DNA of 64,000 nucleotides, from positions 1,195-65,194 of the forward strand of contig JAZQAY010000120.1 of NCBI GenBank assembly GCA_045545455.1, read 5' to 3'. Positions 18,515-26,099 of this stretch are shown in pieces (within the stretch, counting starts at the first letter, position 1; every line of letters starts with the position of its first letter). The notes below the pieces were generated by a model. It had not been told where the DNA came from, made no database searches, and saw nothing but the letters and a program-made list of their open reading frames with translations. The stretch comes from Anaerovoracaceae bacterium. Lineage in GTDB: Bacteria > Bacillota > Clostridia > Peptostreptococcales > Anaerovoracaceae. The translations under genes and the position numbers were made by a program.

Positions 18515-20002
18515 TTATCTCTTGGACGCTTTGAACTTAGCAAGCTCTTCAGCTTCTCTCTCGCCCTCTTCAACGATGTTGTGGATAGCTCTCTGGATAT
18601 CCTCAGGAAGGGGTTCGGGATGATAATTCTCTAAGATATCGATGGCTTTGGCATGGGCAGCTTCCGTCATGGTCATTGAACCCTTCTTCTCCCAGGTCTC
18701 TCTCTGCGTACGGTCGATATACCTGGTGGTGGAAAGTTCTTTTCTCATGTACTTCAGAGTATGTCTTGTAGCCAGATAGTTGTTGGCAGGACCTACCTCC
18801 TTGATAACGTCCAGTGCCAGTGTATCTTTGTTGACGGGGATACCGTATTCGAGTCTCCTTGACATCCTTGAGATCTCCGCGTCACAAAGCAACTGCTCAT
18901 AGCTCATTGTCATACCCATTTCCATCATTCCCATTCCGTAGATCAGGTTGGAGCCTGCAAGTGCGGGAACGACGTTTGTGATGGTCTTTTCATGTCCTAA
19001 CTGGACATCGAAACATTTGCTGTCCGCCTACGTGCCGCCTACGTTAGTAGGTATTCCGTAATAGTGTCCGATCTGGCCTACCGCAGCTGAACACATGGCG
19101 TGCTCAGGAGCGCCTACCGGAGACTGTGCGGTCTTCATATCCATTATGGTAGTGGATGTACCGTAAAGGATGGGGTTTCCGGGATTCAGAATCTGGGATA
19201 AAGTGATTCCGGAAAGGATCTCAGCATTGGTGCATACCAGCGTTCCTGCCATCGTGGCGGGAGTGGTCGCTCCGCAGAGTCCCATGGAAAGGATGTCGAT
19301 GGGAAGTCCGTACTTGGCTGAAAGCCTTATGATGGATGTCTCATTCTCATTCACTTCCAGAGGGCTGTTGGGGCAGGCACCCATGGTGATGATGGGTCTT
19401 TCTCTCAGCTTATCATATCCGCCCTGGATAAGGGCAGCCATGTCGATGAATCTCTGTGTGTTTTTGATACCTTCAAGGTCGTGAGCGAAGTTCTTGGTAA
19501 GGTTGTTGAGAACTACCTCAGCTTCGTGAAGGGATCTTACCTTCTGGTTTACGTCTCCTGCTGTAACTGCTATGGAGAAGCAGTTGATCTCAGGGATGGC
19601 GTCTACGAATCTTGCTACGTTTCCGAGGTCTTCCTTGGTGGATTCTCTCAGTTCTCCGGTATAGGGGTCAAAGATGAATACGCCTGTTCCGAAGTTCTTG
19701 TAGCATACTTTCTTACCTCCGAGAACGGTATCGTTCTTGGGATCTCTTCCGCAAAGCGTGATCTCTGCGGGAGTGGACTCGATGGCATCATTAACAAGGC
19801 CCTTGGGGAACCTTACTCTGTCATTTTCATAATCAACTTCACAGCCTGCGCCTTCTAATATTTCAAGCGCTTCCTTGCCGTGCATCTGTACGCCGAAGTC
19901 ATGCATGAGATCCAGAGTCGCTTCATGGATGGCATCGAGATCCTCATTGGTCAGAACATGATAACCGAGCATGTCGGTATCGTAAGTAAACTTCTTGCTC
20001 AT
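18515..20002 (-). CDS. mttB: trimethylamine:corrinoid methyltransferase MttB, Pyl-containing (in-frame UAG)
   Basis: Track ORFs 19028..20011 and 18515..18934 are in one frame. Between them lie TAG plus 31 sense codons (ADSKCFDVQLGHEKTITNVVPALAGSNLIYG). The joined product is 495 aa from the ATG at 20002 (AGGAG SD). Confidence 0.9.
19028..19030 (-). other. in-frame amber (UAG) codon of mttB, predicted pyrrolysine
   Basis: Plus-strand cta = minus-strand TAG in the context ...IPTNVGGT-[UAG]-ADSK... Confidence 0.85.
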
Positions 20003-20035
20003 ATGATTCACTCTCCTGTTCAGCTTTTTGGCTGT

Positions 20036-20683
20036 TTAGTTGTTTGCGATCCAGTCCATTATGAAGTTAACTGTATCAGATGCGTCTTCGCAGTACTGGT
20101 CTGCACCGATCTTATCTGCCCAGCGTCCTGTAACAGGAGCTCCGCCTACCATGGTCTTTACCTTGTCACGGATACCTGCTTCCTTGAGTGCTTCCTCGAT
20201 ATCCTTCTGAACTGTCATGGTGGTGGTAAGGAGTGCCGATGAACCAACGAAATCTGCGTTATGCTCGATAGCTGCGTCTACGAAGTTCTGAGCGGGAACT
20301 TCTCTTCCGAGGTCTACTACCTTGACGCCGTTTGTCTTGACAAGTGAAGCAACGATACCTTTTCCGATATCGTGAACGTCGCCTTCAACTGTTCCGATTA
20401 CCAGGGTACCCTTCTGCTGAACGTTGGACATATCCATCTTGCCCTCGATCTCTTCAGATACGGTCTTCATTACTTCGGTTGCAAAAATAAGTTCAGGAAG
20501 GAAGATCTCACCCATACCGAACTGATCTCCGAGTTCCTTCATGCCGGCGCTGTAGCCCTGTGTAAGCAGCTCGACCAGGTCAAGGCCTTCTTCTTCGGCC
20601 TCCTGGAGTGCTTCCATAGCCATATCCTCATCTGCTTCAATGATGGAATCTTTGGCTTTCTCGTAAATTGCTTCTTTAGCCAT
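20036..20683 (-). CDS. mttC: methylamine-type corrinoid (B12-binding) protein
   Basis: Start moved to MAKEAIYEK (GGAGGAAAATTT-ATG). It has the helical cap plus B12-binding Rossmann domain with the DxHxxG motif (GDVHDIGK). Confidence 0.85.
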   Translation of the reverse strand: MAKEAIYEKAKDSIIEADEDMAMEALQEAEEEGLDLVELLTQGYSAGMKELGDQFGMGEIFLPELIFATEVMKTVSEEIEGKMDMSNVQQKGTLVIGTVEGDVHDIGKGIVASLVKTNGVKVVDLGREVPAQNFVDAAIEHNADFVGSSALLTTTMTVQKDIEEALKEAGIRDKVKTMVGGAPVTGRWADKIGADQYCEDASDTVNFIMDWIANN

Positions 20684-21056
20684 AAATTTTCCTCCAAACA
20701 ATAATTTATATGCTTCTTTTCATCCGTGTAGTATTCCTAATATACTACGTTTATTATTATACAACTTTTGTGTCAAGCTTTGTACAGTATAAAAGGCGAT
20801 TAGTTTGCAATAGTTTTTCATTTTGTTGCCATCATGCACGTTTTAGTTATGCATATTTTGTATTAAAAAAACTGTATTCATAACTTATTTGCCAATGCGT
20901 CAAAAATGCCGGGCTTGTGCAAAATAGTTCAGTAAGATAGCAAACTAATTTTGATAATTGTTAAGGAAGAATCTATTGATTTATAGTAAAATATATACGT
21001 AGGTTTATATCGTTATATATCAACTATATTTAACTATAAGAAGAACAGGTGATTTT

Positions 21057-22421
21057 ATGGGTAAAGAATTAATAATCAAAACGTTAAGACACGAAAAGAC
21101 AGACGATATCCCCTGGGTCCCCTTTGCAGGCGTGCACGCCGGAAAGTTAAAGGGCTATACAGCTCAGGAACTTCTCACGGATGAAGACAAGCTTGTGGAA
21201 TCCCTTCTGGAAGTGGATAAGATCTACACTCCTGACGGACTTCCCGTGCTGTTTGACCTCCAGGTAGAGGCAGAGATCCTGGGCTGCGAACTCAAGTGGG
21301 CCAAGGACAATCCGCCTTCAGTAAAATCCCACCCCTGGGAAGGCCCCAACAAGGAGATACCCTGCGACTGCAAGATCCCTACTGAGGAAAGCGGCAGGAT
21401 CCCCATGATCCTGAATGCCATGAGAAGAGTAAAAGCCGAGATCGGTGACAAGACAGCCCTCTATGGACTCATTTGCGGACCCTTCACCCTCGCTTCTCAC
21501 TTGAGAGGAACCGAGATCTTCATGGATATGGTGAGCGATCCGGAGTACACCAAGGCTCTCGTAGGATACTGCGCTAAGGTAGCCATCGAAATGTCCAGAA
21601 TGTACATCGATGCCGGTATGGATGTCATAGCTGTAGTAGACCCTCTGGTATCCCAGATCTCTCCCAAGATGATCAAGAAACTCTTATCAGAGAGCTTCAC
21701 CGCAGTATTCGACTATATCAGATCCCGCGGAGCATACTCCTCCTTCTTCGTATGCGGAAACGCTACCAAGCAGATCGAGGTTATGTGCGAGATGGGACCG
21801 GACGGCATCTCCATCGATGAGAACGTCAACATGCCGAAGGCTAAGGAAGTTACCGACAAGTTCAACATCACTCTCGGAGGAAACATTCCTCTTACCACCA
21901 CCATGCTCTTCGGTAACCAGCAGGACAACATGAAGTGCGTAGTCGACCTTATCGACTCCGTAAGAGAAGTATCCGACGGAAACTTCATCATAAGCCCCGG
22001 CTGCGATATGCCTTATGACACTCCGATCGAGAACACCGTTGCCTGCGCTCAGGCAGTCAAGCACCTCGATTCAACCAGAGAGCTCATCAAGAACTACGAG
22101 ACGGTTGTTGATACCTCAAACGTTGAGATCCCCGATTATGCAAATTCCGACAAGGTCATCGTAGAACTCTTCCTGCTGGATCCCGACCAGTGCGCAGCCT
22201 GCTTCTATATGAGAGCTGCCGTCGAGGATGCTTATGAAGAGATCAAAGACTTTGCTGAGTACAGGGTTTACAAGTACTGCGTAAAGGAAGACATCCCCAG
22301 ATACGTCAAGATGGGCATGACCAACCTTCCTACCATGACCATAAACGGCGAGCAGAGATTCATCTCCATCATTCCTTCCAAGGAAGAGCTGATCTCAGCC
22401 ATCAAGGAATACGTAAAATAA
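21057..22421 (+). CDS. URO-D family methylcobamide methyltransferase (MtbA/MtaA-like MT2) fused to a C-terminal thioredoxin-like domain
   Basis: 454 aa. Residues 1-~350 have the MtaA/CmuA/URO-D pattern (PWVPFAG..., FFVCGN, ISPGCDMP). The last ~90 aa form a Thioredoxin_3-like module with CAAC. Confidence 0.65.
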   Translation: MGKELIIKTLRHEKTDDIPWVPFAGVHAGKLKGYTAQELLTDEDKLVESLLEVDKIYTPDGLPVLFDLQVEAEILGCELKWAKDNPPSVKSHPWEGPNKEIPCDCKIPTEESGRIPMILNAMRRVKAEIGDKTALYGLICGPFTLASHLRGTEIFMDMVSDPEYTKALVGYCAKVAIEMSRMYIDAGMDVIAVVDPLVSQISPKMIKKLLSESFTAVFDYIRSRGAYSSFFVCGNATKQIEVMCEMGPDGISIDENVNMPKAKEVTDKFNITLGGNIPLTTTMLFGNQQDNMKCVVDLIDSVREVSDGNFIISPGCDMPYDTPIENTVACAQAVKHLDSTRELIKNYETVVDTSNVEIPDYANSDKVIVELFLLDPDQCAACFYMRAAVEDAYEEIKDFAEYRVYKYCVKEDIPRYVKMGMTNLPTMTINGEQRFISIIPSKEELISAIKEYVK

Positions 22422-23338
22422 TGATAAAACTCATAATGCTTACCGGATTCTTAGGATCCGGTAAGACTACTTTACTTCAAAAGTTAATAGATGAGTATGC
22501 CGGATCGAGGACCGGCATACTCATCAATGAGTTCGGTGCCGTAAGCGTCGATTCCGATATCATAAGAAGAGACGGTCTTCAGATGACGGAACTGTCCAAC
22601 GGCTCAATTTTTTGCGCCTGCATAAAGGATAAGTTCGTGGATGCCCTTATAGAGCTTTCGGGAAAGGATCTTGACTATCTTTTCATCGAGGCTTCCGGGC
22701 TTGCGGACCCCGCCAACATGAACGATATCCTGGAAGGCATCGCTCCAAGGCTCGAGAGAGGATTTGAATACCTCCACTCTTTCTGCGTGATAGACGGATC
22801 GGGTTTCATGGATCTTCTGGACGTTCTGGAATCCCTGAGGCATCAGGTATCCTTCAGCGATATAGTGATCCTTAACAAGCGCGATCTCATCACTGATGAG
22901 CAGGAAAAAGAGATCTGTTCTGCGGTCCTGGAGCTTAACCCGGAGGCAAATATTATTCCTGCCAGCTACTGTGATATAGACATAAGATCGGCGATGGATT
23001 CTCCTTCCGGTATCCGTAAGGATTCCGAGGAGAGCTCCAACACCTTTGCAGCCCGTCCGGTGACAGTCATTTTAAAGGAAAGGCAGCCCGTAAACCAAGA
23101 AGATCTCATGGACTTCATCAGCGAGATCGCAGGATCCACCTACAGGATCAAGGGCTTTCTGAATACTGATAAGGGCATGATGAAGCTGGATTGCGTGGGA
23201 ACTGAGATATCTGTTGAACCATGGAACGGAGAGATAACCGAGGTCAAGGCTGTCGTCATCTCCTCCGTAGGTATAAGGATAGTTACGGTGGTCACCCAAG
23301 CCATGATGAAATATACGAAAGGAAGCCTTACGCTTTGA
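22421..23338 (+). CDS. CobW/COG0523-family G3E GTPase (metallochaperone-like)
   Basis: 305 aa with a P-loop (GFLGSGKTTLL). The region around the usual CxCC reads NGSIFCAC. NKRD guanine-specificity motif. The start overlaps the upstream stop (TAATG). Confidence 0.7.
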   Translation: MIKLIMLTGFLGSGKTTLLQKLIDEYAGSRTGILINEFGAVSVDSDIIRRDGLQMTELSNGSIFCACIKDKFVDALIELSGKDLDYLFIEASGLADPANMNDILEGIAPRLERGFEYLHSFCVIDGSGFMDLLDVLESLRHQVSFSDIVILNKRDLITDEQEKEICSAVLELNPEANIIPASYCDIDIRSAMDSPSGIRKDSEESSNTFAARPVTVILKERQPVNQEDLMDFISEIAGSTYRIKGFLNTDKGMMKLDCVGTEISVEPWNGEITEVKAVVISSVGIRIVTVVTQAMMKYTKGSLTL

Positions 23339-23343
23339 GCACA

Positions 23344-23718
23344 ATGAACGTTATCTGCTCATGTCAGGGCAGAAATCTGGACAAGTTCATACAGCCCCAT
23401 ATACTTCTGCTCCTCTGTAAAAGACCTATGTACGGCCTGGAGATCATAAACGGACTTGAAAAAATGCCTATGTTCTCCGGTTCCCGTCCCGACCCCACAG
23501 GAGTCTACCGGTATCTTAAGAGGATGGAAGCAGACGGTCAGCTCTCTTCTGAGATGAAGGCAGATATGCCCGGGGAAAAGCCCAGAAAGACTTACAGCAT
23601 CACAGAAGAAGGAAAGAATTGTCTCGCAAGCTGGGCGGTATCCCTGGGGCAATACTCAGTCGATATCATAGGCCTCGTGAGCGAGATCGAAAACGTCCTG
23701 GATAATGAAAGCAAATAA
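23344..23718 (+). CDS. PadR-family transcriptional regulator
   Basis: Start moved to the ATG at 23344. The winged helix LLLLCKRPMYGLEIINGLEKM...GVYRYLKRMEADGQL...KTYSITEEG is the PadR signature. Confidence 0.7.
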   Translation: MNVICSCQGRNLDKFIQPHILLLLCKRPMYGLEIINGLEKMPMFSGSRPDPTGVYRYLKRMEADGQLSSEMKADMPGEKPRKTYSITEEGKNCLASWAVSLGQYSVDIIGLVSEIENVLDNESK

Positions 23719-23754
23719 AAAGACTTACCGTATAAATTTTCGGTAAGTCTTTTT
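23717..23754. terminator. bidirectional terminator
   Basis: AAAAGACTTACCG-(10 nt)-CGGTAAGTCTTTT. Confidence 0.6.
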
Positions 23755-23772
23755 ATGATTTTATGGTAAAGG

Positions 23773-24663
23773 CTATTTTTTACTTCTGATATGCCCTATC
23801 ACAGAACCGGCGGTGAAATAATCGCCGTTTTCTATTTCATGAGTAAGGTAACCATCGCATTCAGCGGTGAACTCTATGACCTTCTTGTCGGCTTCCGCCC
23901 CACATATCGGCTCTCCCCTCTTCACGAAAGATCCCGCAGGTTTTTCCCAGTTTATGTAGCATGTGCTTTCAGCTATATCCACAGGTTCATACTGGCAGGC
24001 ACAGTCCTTTGAAGGATCGGCCTTAGGCATCATCTGTCCCGGAACCGTTATCGGACATCCCTTCTCCGTATTTCTCAAATGCCTCTCAAAGAACGGGCAG
24101 TTCATTCCAAGACACTCCTTGTTCTCTTTGGAATATTTACAGACAAGGTCTTCCTTGAACTTTATGTTAAGGCCCAGCTTTTCATTGATATACGGGATGG
24201 CTTCCCAAAGCGAAAGATAGCAGGTACGCTTACAGCATCTTGGACCGCCATAGCTAGCGATCCTTATCAGGCAATGTCCCGTAAGCTCATTTGCCCATTT
24301 CCAGTTCTCAATTGAAAGCGGTGAAGCGCTGGTATATACCGACAGGAATATTCCGGCTCCTACGGATGATCCGCAGTTGCCCATGTTGCCACAGACTCCT
24401 CCGGGCACTTCCTTGGCTCTCGCTTCCGCCAGATCCAGCCATTCCCTGAGTTTATCCTCTTTATAATACTTTTCCATAGCAGCCATGGTAAGAAGCGTTG
24501 CCGGCACTATGAAATGATGGTAAGGGCAATGGATGATCACTCCCTCCAGATCCATCAGCTCATTTATCATCTCGTCCGCTCTTGATACAGATCTTTCCTT
24601 CAGGATATCAACGCAGCGATCCTTTATTCTGTCGTATACTTCCTGTTTCAGTTCAAATGCCAT
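23773..24663 (-). CDS. Cys-rich protein of unknown function with C-terminal lipoyl/biotinyl-like domain
   Basis: About 296 aa from the ATG at 24663 (GGAGG SD), with about 20 Cys. The C-terminus GEPICGAEADKKVIEFTAECDGYL...GSVIGHI fits the E-x-DK lipoyl-attachment beta-barrel pattern. The stop codon is TAG. Confidence 0.45.
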   Translation of the reverse strand: MAFELKQEVYDRIKDRCVDILKERSVSRADEMINELMDLEGVIIHCPYHHFIVPATLLTMAAMEKYYKEDKLREWLDLAEARAKEVPGGVCGNMGNCGSSVGAGIFLSVYTSASPLSIENWKWANELTGHCLIRIASYGGPRCCKRTCYLSLWEAIPYINEKLGLNIKFKEDLVCKYSKENKECLGMNCPFFERHLRNTEKGCPITVPGQMMPKADPSKDCACQYEPVDIAESTCYINWEKPAGSFVKRGEPICGAEADKKVIEFTAECDGYLTHEIENGDYFTAGSVIGHIRSKK

Positions 24664-24731
24664 ACGCACCTCCGGGTCAGCTATTAGACTTTGTCTAATA
24701 GAATATTACCACATTTCCCGGTCCATATCAA

Positions 24732-24763
24732 GAAAAAACACATGACCGGCTTTAATAAGCCGG
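24732..24763 (-). terminator. weak terminator-like hairpin after the activase gene
   Basis: CCGGCTT-ATTA-AAGCCGG on the minus strand. The T-run starts 7 nt after the stem. Confidence 0.35.
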
Positions 24764-24806
24764 CCATATGCTTGTCTTTATATAACTTTACAGAGAATAA
24801 TTCGCT

Positions 24807-25748
24807 TTATTTTCTTGCCTGTTTTCCCAGGACCTCGCATTTCATGCCAAGGCTCTCGAAGTAAGCCTTTATCTCCTCCACCCTGTCGTCAGCGGGAGGT
24901 TCGAAAGTCTCAGGAGTCTTGCCAACGTTTCTGGTCTTTGATACTCCCAGCGTGTGGTAAGGAAGGAGGAAAACGTCCTCGAGTCCCAGCTCCCTGTACA
25001 GTTCTCCGGATCTCTTTATGATATCCTCCGTATCGTTCACTCCCTTGATAAGGGGCATCCTCATCATGATCTTAGGAAGCACTTCGGGATCCTTCGCAAG
25101 GGTCCGCAGATTGTTCAGGATGATCTCATTGGAGTGACCTGTGTAAGCCTTATGTACCTCATCATCGATAGCCTTCATGTCGAAGAGAATGTTGGTGACA
25201 GCGGGCTTCTTAGCCATGGCATAGAGTCTTTCTCCGTCTCCATAACCTGAAGTATCGAGACAAACACCTATGCCCTCCTCTTCAGCCAGCTCTATGAGAG
25301 CATCGCAAAAGTCAGGCTGTGCCAGCATCTCACCTCCCGAAAGAGTCATGCCTCCGCCTGTGTGGTCATAGAATCCCTTATCCTGCTTCACGTACTTCAT
25401 TACCTCTTCAGGCGTCATCTCCTCGGCCACAGGATCCAGAGAATTGGCATAGCATACTTCCGTGCACTTCATGCACATGTCGCACTTCTCACGGTCTATG
25501 TCGATCTTTCCCTTTTCGTCAACGAAGATAGCGTTCTGAGGACATTCCTTGATACAGTAGCCGCACTTGATGCAGCTGTTGGGAAGTCTGATGATCTCCT
25601 GTCCGAAATCTATCATCTCAGGATTGTGGCACCACCTGCAGTTAAGAGGACAGCCCTTGAGGAAGACCGTCGTCCTGATACCGGGACCGTCTTCAGTACT
25701 GAACTTCTGCAGCGACCCCACAAGAGCCGTTAACTTCTTATCACTCAT
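24807..25748 (-). CDS. glycyl-radical enzyme activating enzyme (radical SAM)
   Basis: 313 aa with CPLNCRWCHNPE plus two ferredoxin-type clusters (CIKCGYCIKECP, CDMCMKCTEVC). Confidence 0.85.
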   Translation of the reverse strand: MSDKKLTALVGSLQKFSTEDGPGIRTTVFLKGCPLNCRWCHNPEMIDFGQEIIRLPNSCIKCGYCIKECPQNAIFVDEKGKIDIDREKCDMCMKCTEVCYANSLDPVAEEMTPEEVMKYVKQDKGFYDHTGGGMTLSGGEMLAQPDFCDALIELAEEEGIGVCLDTSGYGDGERLYAMAKKPAVTNILFDMKAIDDEVHKAYTGHSNEIILNNLRTLAKDPEVLPKIMMRMPLIKGVNDTEDIIKRSGELYRELGLEDVFLLPYHTLGVSKTRNVGKTPETFEPPADDRVEEIKAYFESLGMKCEVLGKQARK

Positions 25749-25789
25749 TTACATACACTCCTTAAATGGGCATAATAAGTCAAATCACC

Positions 25790-26081
25790 GGCAGCCTGTA
25801 TATATTTGCGGTTTCCGCAGAAGTGCTGGATCAGCCTGCGCAGAAACGAAGCTGAGCGGCCAGATGTCCGAAACTGTCTGAGCTATCTGTCAAATCAGTA
25901 GGTGCTGTGTGAAGAGAGAGGCACTGCATGCTCACATGCGAGTGCATCTCTATGAACAGAGCAGCGAACGCAGTTCGCGCTGATTTGACAGATTGGCGAG
26001 TTTTTCGGGCTCTCCGCAAAGCAAGTTTCGAGCAGTCTCTGATCCAAACGACGAGGACTTAGCAAATATATACAGACTGCC
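25790..26081. repeat. 292-nt nested imperfect inverted repeat (rod-like hairpin) between the GRE and its activase
   Basis: The outer arms GGCAGCCTGTATATATTTGC / GCAAATATATACAGACTGCC match at 19 of 20 positions. GGATCAG/CTGATCC follows inward. An inner perfect 14-bp pair is ATCTGTCAAATCAG (25885-25898) / CTGATTTGACAGAT (25980-25993). There are apical sub-hairpins. Confidence 0.7.
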
Positions 26082-26099
26082 AGTCAATTTTAAGCTATA

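Noticed and set aside
18992-19008. A PYLIS-like hairpin after the mttB UAG (ATGTCC-AGTTA-GGACAT, starting 19 nt downstream).
   Set aside because: It is only a 6-bp stem, and I found nothing comparable after the mtbB UAG. A PYLIS requirement is doubtful even in archaea. It is too weak to call without comparative data.
17075-20011. Reading the split mttB and mtbB ORFs as pseudogenes or as four separate genes.
   Set aside because: Each pair is in one frame with a single TAG as the only interruption. Sequence continuity across the TAG is MttB/MtbB-like, and a full pyl cassette with tRNA-CUA lies adjacent.
20702-21056. A cobalamin riboswitch upstream of either corrinoid protein gene (also checked at 36025-36153).
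   Set aside because: I could not find a B12-box-like sequence or the expected GC-rich multi-stem core. These regions are AT-rich promoter DNA.
25831-26019. The 62-aa minus-strand ORF inside the GRE-activase spacer as a small protein gene.
   Set aside because: It has no SD, its composition is dictated by the inverted repeat, and it lies entirely within the rod-like hairpin.
25790-26081. Interpreting the long inverted repeats (here and at 16837-16961) as a MITE, a retron msr/msd, or 6S RNA.
   Set aside because: I could not find target-site duplications, and there is no reverse transcriptase or transposase gene in the window. The sizes (292 and 125 nt) and the intra-operon location do not fit 6S RNA. 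The two elements share design but no obvious sequence. They are kept as unexplained structures.
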